Position numbers and translations under genes: made by a program. From positions 2,048,001 through 2,112,000 of the forward strand of contig OY762721.1 in NCBI GenBank assembly GCA_963666345.1: DNA of 64,000 bases, given 5' to 3'. Position 1 is the first letter of the stretch, and each line of letters begins with the position of its first letter. The stretch is from Desulfatiglandales bacterium (GTDB lineage: Bacteria > Desulfobacterota > DSM-4660 > Desulfatiglandales > Desulfatiglandaceae). The notes beneath the pieces are model-generated. The model saw only the letters and a program-made list of their open reading frames with translations. It had not been told where the DNA came from and searched no databases. This document shows positions 10,433-19,122 of this stretch, in pieces.

Positions 10433-12524
10433 AAACAATGGATTTGATCTAAACATCAAACTTCGGTTTCCTGATGGCGGCAAATATGCATTCACATTTA
10501 TCGTGCTGTTCGTTATCCTTATAATCATATATGCAAACAGTTTTCACGGAGAGTGGCACTATGATGATAATCCAAATATCGTACACAATACCAGTGTCCA
10601 TACAAAGGATCTTTCGTGGCAGGAGATTGAGAAATCATTTGATTTCAGAAGAACACTATCAAGACCAATTGCATATATAAGTTTTGCGATTAACTATTAT
10701 TTCGGCAGATTAAATACCTATGGATACCACATTGTGAATTTTGCAATTCACTATATAGCCTCCATATTTCTATTTCTATTCATTTATAACACTCTGAAAC
10801 TTCCCAATTTAAGGAACAGCTATGGGACAAGTTCTTATTCCATTGCACTCTTGGCCGCATTTCTGTGGGCTATAAATCCCTTGCAGGTGCTTGCCGTAAG
10901 CGTTGTTGTTCAAAGGATGGCAAGCATGGCGGCCATGTTTTATATCATCTCACTTTACCTTTACCTTAAGATAAGAACAGGTGGAAGCCTGAGACTGAAG
11001 ATTGTCTTTGGAATTCTTTGCCTTTTGTCCTCCCTTATGGCATTTGGAACAAAAGAAAATGCAACCATGCTTCCCGTAACTGCATTTCTGTACGACCTTA
11101 TTCTTATACAGGGAATAACCCGAAAAAATCTCAGGAAAAACATATTTATTGCTATCATACCTTTGGCACTCATTTTCCTGTTTACCCTTTTTTACATTGA
11201 TTTTAAGTCGGTACTTGATGGTTATGAAATAAGGCCTTTTTCTTTGTCGGAAAGACTTCTAACGGAACCTAGAATAGTTCTTTTTTATATTTCGCTATTG
11301 CTCTACCCCTTATCCTCCCGACTTACGCTTCTCCATGATATAGATATATCGAAAGGCCTGATTATCCCCTGGGACACCCTTCCCTCTATCCTGCTGATAC
11401 TCGCTCTCATTATCCTCGCGTTTTCCATAGCACGGAAATGGCCGTTTGTATCATTCTCTATCCTTTTCTTCTTCATCAATCACCTTATTGAAAGCTCCAT
11501 TTTCCCATTGGAGCTTATCTATGAGCACAGAAACTATTTACCATCAATGCTTTTCTTTGTTCCAATTTCCATTGTGATCATACTGGTACTCGATTACTTT
11601 TCTTACAGAAAATCAATTCAGTGGGTAATAGCTTTTGTACTGATATTAATCATGATCACCCAGGGCCACACGGTTTATCTTAGAAATAATATTTTAAAAA
11701 GCGAATTTCGTCTCTGGTATGACAATGCTGAAAAGTATCCCCGACTAAGCGTCGTTCATACCAACCTTGGAAAGCATTACTGGAGGATGGGGCAGTATGA
11801 AAAGGGATTTGAGGAAAGCAACAGGGCTATCGAATCTGATTGGTATCTGAATTCTCAACAACGAGGTCTTGCCTATTATAATGCCGGGCTCTACTATCAG
11901 TATGAGGGTAATATTGCTGCTGCTTCAGATCTTTATAAGAAGTCCGTAGAGCTTTCACCCTTTAATGAAAACGGGTGGGCCGCAATGGCAAACCTTGAAG
12001 TCGAAAGCGGCAATATTGCCGGTGCGCACGATTACATCAGAAAGGCAAAGGAGGCAGGTTTAAACAGCCCTATTATACGCGCCATACAATGCAAAATCCT
12101 TTTGAAAAATAATCAAATCGACAATGCAATCAGGATTGCCTACTCCATATTGATCGACGAACCTGCCGACACAATGGCAAAATGCATTCTCGGTGAAGCA
12201 TTCAGATTAAAGGGCAAATATTTAAGGGCAATAGACTACTGGGAAAGGTTCTTGCGGAGAAGGCCCTTATCGGTAATGGGCCATCTCGCACTTCTTGAGC
12301 TTTATTACAGTAGCGAAAACAAAAAAATGCTCTCACAAATTGTCGGAAAGATATTATGCCTGAAAAAGAACCAGGAATTTTTAGACTTTATTAAGGCCTT
12401 TGCTCAAAACGAAGAGTTTATAACCTTCTACACACCTGATTCGAATGTGCTTCTTCCGATCATCAGGAATACCCTTCAAAACGATGTGGCCGCTATAAAT
12501 TCAGATCCCATAAGACAGCCTTGA
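10422..12524 (+). CDS. TMTC-like membrane glycosyltransferase with TPRs (divergent third copy)
   Basis: YDDNPNI, RPIAY, NPLQV..V..VVQR, KENA, EHRNYLPS motifs; TPR C-terminus. Confidence 0.75.
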   Translation: MITKNNGFDLNIKLRFPDGGKYAFTFIVLFVILIIIYANSFHGEWHYDDNPNIVHNTSVHTKDLSWQEIEKSFDFRRTLSRPIAYISFAINYYFGRLNTYGYHIVNFAIHYIASIFLFLFIYNTLKLPNLRNSYGTSSYSIALLAAFLWAINPLQVLAVSVVVQRMASMAAMFYIISLYLYLKIRTGGSLRLKIVFGILCLLSSLMAFGTKENATMLPVTAFLYDLILIQGITRKNLRKNIFIAIIPLALIFLFTLFYIDFKSVLDGYEIRPFSLSERLLTEPRIVLFYISLLLYPLSSRLTLLHDIDISKGLIIPWDTLPSILLILALIILAFSIARKWPFVSFSILFFFINHLIESSIFPLELIYEHRNYLPSMLFFVPISIVIILVLDYFSYRKSIQWVIAFVLILIMITQGHTVYLRNNILKSEFRLWYDNAEKYPRLSVVHTNLGKHYWRMGQYEKGFEESNRAIESDWYLNSQQRGLAYYNAGLYYQYEGNIAAASDLYKKSVELSPFNENGWAAMANLEVESGNIAGAHDYIRKAKEAGLNSPIIRAIQCKILLKNNQIDNAIRIAYSILIDEPADTMAKCILGEAFRLKGKYLRAIDYWERFLRRRPLSVMGHLALLELYYSSENKKMLSQIVGKILCLKKNQEFLDFIKAFAQNEEFITFYTPDSNVLLPIIRNTLQNDVAAINSDPIRQP

Positions 12525-12647
12525 TCAAGCGCCGGGTCTTTCAACAGTTTTGCTTGAAGAAGCTCCGCTGAGTACGGAACCGGTCTTTCCTTCAGCCGTT
12601 ACTGTTATTGAGCTGCCGCTGGCATTGTACGAAAGGGTAAAATCGCC
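12525..12647 (-). pseudogene. 5'-truncated (start-less) type IV pilin C-terminal cassette
   Basis: Translates GDFTLSYNASGSSITVTAEGKTGSVLSGASSSKTVERPGA*, aligning with the C-terminal ~40 aa of both adjacent pilins; preceded by TAG, no start codon. Confidence 0.85.
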
Positions 12648-12656
12648 CTATTTTTT

Positions 12657-13019
12657 TTATACTGTCCCGGGTTCTGGAACGTCTCTTGATGAAGACGCGC
12701 CAGCCACTGCAGTAGTAGTTTTTCCGACAGCTTTAACAGTTATCGTATCACCATCAGTATACGTAAGCGAGAAATCACCAGCATCTGAGCCAAGAGTAGC
12801 AGTGGTATATACAACTTGGCCTGGAGTACTCCCGGATAGAACGGCCTGACCGAAATGAGCGTTGATCCTGCTTACGCCCTCAGCCAGGGCACCTTCAACC
12901 GCTTTGTTAATAGCTTCATTCCTGAGATCGAAATATTTTGGTATGGCTATAGCCGACAGCATTCCCAGAATAAGCAAGACGGTAATAAGCTCCAGAAGTG
13001 TAAAACCGTCATTTTTCAT
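12657..13019 (-). CDS. Type IV pilin (second, tandem copy)
   Basis: MKNDG/FTLLEL prepilin cleavage motif; very similar to the upstream pilin. Confidence 0.9.
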   Translation of the reverse strand: MKNDGFTLLELITVLLILGMLSAIAIPKYFDLRNEAINKAVEGALAEGVSRINAHFGQAVLSGSTPGQVVYTTATLGSDAGDFSLTYTDGDTITVKAVGKTTTAVAGASSSRDVPEPGTV

Positions 13020-13097
13020 AATCATTCCATCGTGTTCAGGCATGCACACCTTTTAATTATCAATCAAGGGCAAAAGAGGGGCAGGATAGCCAGTTTT

Positions 13098-13133
13098 ATG
13101 TCTGAGAAAGATAAACATATCTTTCTCAGACAT
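13098..13133. terminator. Perfect 16-bp stem-loop between the pilin genes (no U-tract on the pilin strand)
   Basis: ATGTCTGAGAAAGATA-aaca-TATCTTTCTCAGACAT. Confidence 0.6.
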
Positions 13134-13162
13134 CTGATAAATAATTAATCTCTCAAATTTTT

Positions 13163-13546
13163 TTATACTGTCCCTGGTGATGATACCTTTCTCGTTGAAG
13201 ACGCACCGGACACTGCAGTACCAGTTTTTCCTATAGCTTTGACAGTTATCGAAGCAGCATCAGTATACGAAAGCGTGAAATCACCGGCATCTGAGCCAAG
13301 AGTATCAGATGTATATACAACCTGGCCCGGTGTACTCCCGGCTAGAACGGCCTGACCGAAATGAGCGTTGATCCTTCCAATACCCTCTGCTAAAGCACCT
13401 TCAACGGCCTTGTTCTTTGCTTCATCCTGAAGATCGAAATATTTGGGGATTGCCACCGCAGCAAGTATGCCAAGAATGATCAGAACCGCGATGATCTCGA
13501 TCAGGGTAAAACCTTTCTGGTTTCGCTTCAAAAGCATTTTCTTCAT
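13163..13546 (-). CDS. pilA: Type IV major pilin (PilA/MshA-like)
   Basis: QKG/FTLIEII motif with E5; strong RBS AAGGAGG; first gene after a sigma54 promoter. Confidence 0.85.
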   Translation of the reverse strand: MKKMLLKRNQKGFTLIEIIAVLIILGILAAVAIPKYFDLQDEAKNKAVEGALAEGIGRINAHFGQAVLAGSTPGQVVYTSDTLGSDAGDFTLSYTDAASITVKAIGKTGTAVSGASSTRKVSSPGTV

Positions 13547-13677
13547 TTTACATCCTCCTTATTATAATTATATAAATTCAAATTTTACTGCTAACAAAAG
13601 TCTTCACTCCTGATTACCCGATATCACCCCCTTTAGCTATTGAATAAAGACAACCAAAGCTACCTGGAATTCATATA

Positions 13678-13695
13678 ATGCAGTATTTGTACCAA
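13678..13695 (-). promoter_or_regulatory. sigma54 (-24/-12) promoter for the pilin genes
   Basis: Minus strand reads TTGGTACAAATACTGCA = GG-N10-GC; adjacent to a bEBP gene. Confidence 0.75.
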
Positions 13696-13802
13696 AATGC
13701 CGCATGAATCCCGATATAAAACATGCACAATCAATTCAATCGGTTATAAAAGCAGCGATGCTCACGCAATGGGCATTTGCTACAAAAAATGTAGATCAGC
13801 CC

Positions 13803-15122
13803 TCAAATAATGATGCTTTTAAACAACTTGGGATCGATCCCATGCTTTTTCACCCTGTGCCACAGGCTTCTCTGGCTGACACCCAGAATCCCCGCAGCCT
13901 TGTTTTGAACCCCGCCTGTTTTTTTCAAGGCGTCAAGTATAAACCTTTTTTCTATCCTTTTTATTTCTTCATCTAAAATTATATTTCCCGATATCCCCAG
14001 TGAAGGTGCAATTCCTCCCCTTCTTATCTTCTCAGGCAGATGTTCGACCCTCATAACACCATTTTCAGCCACCACAGAAGCCCTTTCAAGCACATTTTTC
14101 AGTTCCCTCACATTTCCGGGCCACTCGTAACTCATCAGATATCGAAGCATATCATCAGAAAGTTTTAACTCAACGTTCAAGGCGCTCAAAAAATGTTCTG
14201 CAAGCAAAGGGATATCTTTTTTTCTCTCCCTCAGGGGCGGCATGTTTATGGCAAACACATTAAGCCTGAAATACAGGTCCTCACGGAAACCGCCCTGTTC
14301 CACCATTTTTTCAATGTCTTTGTTTGTAGCAGCTATAACCCGCAGATCACTTAATATCTCACGCGTGCCCCCAACCCGTTCGAACCGGCCATCCTCAAGC
14401 ACTCTCAGCACCTTCGCCTGTGTACCCGGAGCCATGTCACCTATTTCATCAAGAAAGATGGTTCCGTTATTTGCCAGTTCAAACTTTCCGATCTTTCTTG
14501 AATGGGCACCTGTGAATGCCCCTTTTTCATGACCCAAAAGCTCGCTTTCAAGGAGCCCTTCAGGGATCGCCGCGCAGTTGACCTTTATGAATGGTTTGTT
14601 TTTCCTTTTGCTGTTGCCCTGTATGCTTTCAGCGATAAGCTCCTTGCCTGTCCCACTCTCCCCCAGTATCAGCACTGTCGAATCAGTGGCGGAAACCTGC
14701 TTTACCTGCTTGAGTATCCCCCTTATGGCCCTGCTCTCCCCAACTATTTCAGGGAACAGTTCTCTTGCCTCCACAGCGCTCAGGACCTCTGTTATCTGAT
14801 CAAAAAACCTCTCATACCTTTCAATGGGGTCCTTCTTGTCATCCACATTTTCCTTATTTTTCCCAATCGCCGAAATCGCCCCTGTTTCCGAAATGAATTT
14901 GTCAACCGGCTTCAGTATACCCCTGATAACCAAAAGCCCGCACGCAAAAGAAAACCCAAAGATAAACAATATCCAGAAAAATAAATACCAGTTTTCCGGC
15001 AACCCTCTTCTCAAACAATACTCCGAAAGCCTGAAGGCCCCAAGAGATGAAAGAATTGATATTCCTGATATAATTATCGGGATGATTATTGTAAGGCGTA
15101 TAAAATATTGTTTTTTTTTCAA
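13803..15122 (-). CDS. sigma54-dependent enhancer-binding protein with two N-terminal TM helices and a Fis-type HTH (no receiver domain)
   Basis: GESGTGKE Walker A, GAFTGA, FLDEIGD, WPGNVREL; hydrophobic N-terminal segments. Confidence 0.9.
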   Translation of the reverse strand: MKKKQYFIRLTIIIPIIISGISILSSLGAFRLSEYCLRRGLPENWYLFFWILFIFGFSFACGLLVIRGILKPVDKFISETGAISAIGKNKENVDDKKDPIERYERFFDQITEVLSAVEARELFPEIVGESRAIRGILKQVKQVSATDSTVLILGESGTGKELIAESIQGNSKRKNKPFIKVNCAAIPEGLLESELLGHEKGAFTGAHSRKIGKFELANNGTIFLDEIGDMAPGTQAKVLRVLEDGRFERVGGTREILSDLRVIAATNKDIEKMVEQGGFREDLYFRLNVFAINMPPLRERKKDIPLLAEHFLSALNVELKLSDDMLRYLMSYEWPGNVRELKNVLERASVVAENGVMRVEHLPEKIRRGGIAPSLGISGNIILDEEIKRIEKRFILDALKKTGGVQNKAAGILGVSQRSLWHRVKKHGIDPKLFKSIII

Positions 15123-15193
15123 ATCACTCGTTTGTTTTAATTGCCATATTCAAAAACAAAATCAGTTTTTCTCCAAAAAAAACAAAAACCCTT

Positions 15194-16420
15194 CTACCCT
15201 GTCATCTTGGTCAGATCCCACATGGGTAAAAATATGGACAAGGCAAAAAAGCCGACCACCGCCGCGAGACCGACAACAAGCGCCGGTCCAATCGCCTCTG
15301 CCAATCCTCTTGTCGCGTACGTGACCTCTTCGTCATAGTGGCCTGCAACCTCTCTCAGCATCTCGTCCAGGTTGCCCGATTCCTCCCCGATCGCCACCAT
15401 GTTTATTACCATGGGCGTGAAGTATTTCGCAGCCCTGAGAGGCGCTGAAATACCCTGCCCTTCTTCGAGCCTTTCACGCAAGGTCCCGAACTGGTTTGAA
15501 ATCGCACTGTTACCTAGTGTTCCCGCAAGAATCCGCATCGATTCAAGCACACCCACCCCGCTTGACTGGAGAATTGCAAAGATACTCGCAAACCTGGACA
15601 TCGCGGCCTTCTGAAAAAGAGGACCGAAAAGGGGTATCCTGAGGATGGCACTATCTTTCATAAGCCGCCCTTTTTCCGTCTTAAAAAAGGAGTAGTAGCA
15701 CCCGCCAACCACAACCAAGACAAAAAGAATCAGTATGTACCAGTAATTTGCCAGCACATTATACATCACCATACATATCTTTGTCGGAAGCGGGAGTTCC
15801 AGGCCCGCCCTGTTGAATATCTTTATAAATTTCGGAATTACGAAGGTAAGAAGCACAAAAAACGCAATTCCAAGGAACGCAAACACTAATGCAGGGTATT
15901 GAAGGGCGGATTTTATGTCCGACTTCACCTTTTCTTCATGCTCCAGGATATATGTCAGACGATCCAGCACCTCGGGAAGCGCACCGCTTGACTCGCCCGC
16001 CCGCACCATGCTGCAGTAAAGAGGTGAAAATATCTTGTGCTTTCTGAAGGTCTCAAAGATTGTAAAACCCTCTTTTACATCCTGGACCATCTGGGTGATT
16101 ATCTTTTTAAACCTCTTGTTTTCGGTCTGGCTTTCCAGGATCTGAAGCAGTGTGACTATAGGAATTCCGGCATTCAGCATGGTCCTGAACTGCTTGGTAA
16201 AAAGGATTATCTCCTTGAGCTTTATAGGGCTCAGTATCTCTTCCAGTTTGTGGACAACTCCCGATTCCTTGGCGTCTCCAAACTGCTGGGAGCTTACCTT
16301 TGTGGGGATATAGCCCTTTTCACTCAGGATGGCGCTTGCCATGTCGATGGATTCCGCCTCGACAACTCCCGTTACGCTGCTGCCTGTCTCGCTTATTGCC
16401 TTGTAGGAAAACTTGGGCAT
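15194..16420 (-). CDS. pilC: Type IV pilus platform protein PilC/GspF
   Basis: AGESSGAL and IGEESGNL T2SSF repeats, three TMs. Confidence 0.9.
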   Translation of the reverse strand: MPKFSYKAISETGSSVTGVVEAESIDMASAILSEKGYIPTKVSSQQFGDAKESGVVHKLEEILSPIKLKEIILFTKQFRTMLNAGIPIVTLLQILESQTENKRFKKIITQMVQDVKEGFTIFETFRKHKIFSPLYCSMVRAGESSGALPEVLDRLTYILEHEEKVKSDIKSALQYPALVFAFLGIAFFVLLTFVIPKFIKIFNRAGLELPLPTKICMVMYNVLANYWYILILFVLVVVGGCYYSFFKTEKGRLMKDSAILRIPLFGPLFQKAAMSRFASIFAILQSSGVGVLESMRILAGTLGNSAISNQFGTLRERLEEGQGISAPLRAAKYFTPMVINMVAIGEESGNLDEMLREVAGHYDEEVTYATRGLAEAIGPALVVGLAAVVGFFALSIFLPMWDLTKMTG

Positions 16421-16496
16421 AATGGTTGTTCTACCCTCTTAAAGATGTTCATTGTAAATAGATATCTTTATTTCGCCTGCAGTACATTTGAATAAA

Positions 16497-16853
16497 AGGG
16501 TTCTTTGCTCCGCTTACGCTTCGCTCAGTCCCACTGCTTCGCAGCGGGTTCCCGGTTTCAAGGGGTCAAGGGCTTATTTTCCAGAGATTTTATCAGTGCT
16601 TTGAGCATTCTTTCCACTTCTACGATATTACCTTTTATTGTAGCCAATGCCCCTTTTTCAATGAACCCTAAATCACCTGCCAATAATAAATAACAAATAA
16701 CCTTGTACTACTTTCTTTTAACCGCCCGTTTCACTTGAATCCTTGAAACCTCGGATCCTTGAACCCTTTCTCGCCCACTCATAACCAATAACAAATAACC
16801 ATGTCCTTTTTTATTCAGCGGGAACCGCTGAACCCTCGACCCCTCGGACCCTT
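16497..16853 (-). mobile_element. Internally deleted four-helix-bundle cassette bounded by octamer repeats
   Basis: 16501-16563 identical to 18620-18682; 16586-16688 identical to 18729-18831 (gene 3' end); octamer arrays at 16732-16766 and 16827-16853; TAAC(A/C)AA heptamers. Confidence 0.8.
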
Positions 16854-18579
16854 AAGTTAATACTGCCGTGGCCGCCTCTTCAAGCGTGGTCAGTCCCTTC
16901 AGAGCCTTTTCCAGGGCGTCTTCTTTGAGGGTGGTGAGCTTTCCCGCATCTTTGGCGGCCCGCGTGATCTCCTGGGCCGAGCGTCTTTTGAGGATCATGT
17001 CCTGGATCACCTCGTCTATCACAAGGACCTCGAACACCCCGGTCCTTCCCTTGTAACCGGTATCCATGCACTGGAAACATCCGTTGCTTCGGTAAAATTT
17101 CATGCCGTTCGACTCATCCTCTTCAATTCCCCACTGTTTGAGTACCGCGTCGGATGGCCTGTATTCCTCCTTGCAATGAGGGCAGATCTTTCTGACAAGC
17201 CTCTGGGCGAATGAGACAAGCATTACGGATGAAACCAGAAAGGGCTCTATGCCCATATCGATAAAACGTGTTATGGCGCCTGCCGCGTCGTTTGTATGGA
17301 CCGTGCTCAGGACCCTGTGTCCTGTCATGGCGGCCTGGACCGCGATGGTGGCGGTTTCCGCATCCCTTATCTCACCTACCATGATCACGTCCGGGTCCTG
17401 GCGAAGTATGGACCGAAGGCCGCTCGCGAAAGTCATGCCCGCCCTGCGGTTAAGCTGCACCTGCCTGATCTTTCCCATGCGGTACTCCACCGGATCCTCA
17501 AGCGTTATGATATTTATGTCCGGCTGATTTATTTCACTTAAGATCGAATAGAGGCTCGTGCTCTTTCCGCTCCCGGTGGGCCCGGTGCTCAGGATCATGC
17601 CGTAAGGCATCTTTATGATCGACTCGATTTTTTCCTGGTCCTTTTTGCTCATGCCCAGAAGACCCAGTTCATACACGCCGCTGCTCATATCGAGCAGTCT
17701 CAGCACGATATTTTCACCATAGATCGTGGGAAGGGCGGAGGCCCTGATGTTTATCTCCCTGTTTTCCATCTTTATGGTGAATCTTCCGTCCTGGGGTATC
17801 CTTGAAACCGCGATATCCATGTTCGAGAGGATCTTTATCCTTGACGCGATGGGAAGAAACATCGACTTGGGCGGGGCCGGCACCTCGTGGAGCTTCCCGT
17901 CCACCCTGAATCTGACCTGGACATAGTCCTTTTCAGGGCTGATATGAATATCGCTTGCCTTTTCACGAATCGCCTGTGACAAAATCGAGTTTACAAGACG
18001 TATGACAGGGGCCTCTTCAGCCATACCCTGAAGGGAACTCACCTGCAGGTCCTCTGTTACGGTTATCTGCTCCTGCTCGGCCTCGACCTCCTCTTCTTCC
18101 TCGATCTGCGATTCATCCACGCTGTTTAAGACGGATCCCATATCCGAATACATACCGTAGATCTTGCCGGTCAACTGGTTGAGTTCCTGCTCTGTGCAGA
18201 TGACCGCTTCCACCTCCATGTTGGTCAGGCTCTCTACGGCATCGACGGCCTGGATATCCATCGGGTCGGGCATGGCTATCTTAAATAGAGTAGCGCCCTG
18301 CCTCAGAGGGACGACCTGGTATTTTCTCGCAATCTCAAGAGGAATAACCGAGGCAAGGGTGGAATCAAGCGTGAATTTTTCACTTCTGTATTTCTCGATT
18401 CTTAGCTGCCTGGAGATCAAATCCATTATCTGGGATTCGCTCACTATTCCCTGGCGCGTAAGATACTGCCCCAGCTTAAGCCCCGCCGCCTTCTGGCCCG
18501 CAAGAGCCTTATTGAGCTGGGCCTCGCTTACCAGCCCCTCTTCAATGAGCATCTCTCCTAGTCTCTTTTTTATTCTCAA
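16852..18579 (-). CDS. pilB: Type IV pilus assembly ATPase PilB/GspE
   Basis: RLGEML MshEN-like N-terminus, GPTGSGKST, LRQDPD, CxxC...CxxC zinc motif. Confidence 0.92.
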   Translation of the reverse strand: MRIKKRLGEMLIEEGLVSEAQLNKALAGQKAAGLKLGQYLTRQGIVSESQIMDLISRQLRIEKYRSEKFTLDSTLASVIPLEIARKYQVVPLRQGATLFKIAMPDPMDIQAVDAVESLTNMEVEAVICTEQELNQLTGKIYGMYSDMGSVLNSVDESQIEEEEEVEAEQEQITVTEDLQVSSLQGMAEEAPVIRLVNSILSQAIREKASDIHISPEKDYVQVRFRVDGKLHEVPAPPKSMFLPIASRIKILSNMDIAVSRIPQDGRFTIKMENREINIRASALPTIYGENIVLRLLDMSSGVYELGLLGMSKKDQEKIESIIKMPYGMILSTGPTGSGKSTSLYSILSEINQPDINIITLEDPVEYRMGKIRQVQLNRRAGMTFASGLRSILRQDPDVIMVGEIRDAETATIAVQAAMTGHRVLSTVHTNDAAGAITRFIDMGIEPFLVSSVMLVSFAQRLVRKICPHCKEEYRPSDAVLKQWGIEEDESNGMKFYRSNGCFQCMDTGYKGRTGVFEVLVIDEVIQDMILKRRSAQEITRAAKDAGKLTTLKEDALEKALKGLTTLEEAATAVLT

Positions 18580-18607
18580 GGCTCATCCTTTCAAAAAATT
18601 ATAAAAA

Positions 18608-18715
18608 GGGGTTCAAGGATTCTTTGCTCCGCTTACGCTTCGCTCAGTCCCACTGCTTCGCAGCGGGTTCCCGGTTTCAAGGATTCAAGGGGTCAAGGAT
18701 TCAAGGGGCCGAGTG
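18608..18715. repeat. Octamer tandem array (GG[AG][GT]TCAA-like) with an embedded hairpin unit
   Basis: gggttcaa ggattc[insert]tcaa ggattcaa ggggtcaa ggattcaa ggggccga. Confidence 0.85.
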
Positions 18716-19072
18716 TTTATTTTCTAATGATTTTATCAGTGCTTTGAGCATTCTTTCCACTTCTACGATATTACCTTTTATTGTAGCCAATGCCCCTTTT
18801 TCAATGAACCCTAAATCACCTGCCAATAATATCTGGGTTTCCACTTCACAGATTGAACCATAAGCAATATAAAGCATCCGGATGTAATCAGCCGTGGTCT
18901 TTCTTCCATATCCTTCTGCAATATTGGAAGGCACAGACACAGGCGATCTTCTTAGTTGTGAAGTAAGACCGTATTTTTCTTCCTTTGGAAATTTGCCTGT
19001 TATTCTACATATCTTTAAACAGAGTTCGTATGACTTTTGCCAGACCTTCAGATCCCTGTAAGTCTTAAGCAT
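18701..19072 (-). CDS. Four helix bundle protein (23S rRNA IVS protein / Avd-like family)
   Basis: YRDLKVWQKS...FPKEEKYGLTSQLRRS.VSVPSNIAEGYGR...IAYGS..EVETQ family signature. Confidence 0.92.
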   Translation of the reverse strand: MLKTYRDLKVWQKSYELCLKICRITGKFPKEEKYGLTSQLRRSPVSVPSNIAEGYGRKTTADYIRMLYIAYGSICEVETQILLAGDLGFIEKGALATIKGNIVEVERMLKALIKSLENKHSAP

Positions 19073-19122
19073 TTTTATCCGCCTGTTCTGTGGCGGATCA
19101 CTCGGCCCCTTGAACCCTTCTT

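Noticed and set aside
12550..12849. Plus-strand 99-aa ORF and the many other short antisense ORFs in the track
   Set aside because: Shadow frames of well-supported genes on the opposite strand; no independent motifs or RBS.
13163..13546. Electrically conductive (e-) pilin
   Set aside because: Has F1, Y24, F25 and F51 but is ~115 aa mature with low aromatic density and long aromatic-free gaps.
16497..18715. CRISPR array
   Set aside because: Repeats are 7-8-bp tandem units or dispersed copies, with no regular unique spacers and no cas genes.
12657..19072. Diversity-generating retroelement (Avd-like gene near two similar pilin sequences as TR/VR)
   Set aside because: No reverse transcriptase in the window, and the pilin differences include T/A, C/T and G/T changes in both directions rather than adenine-specific ones.
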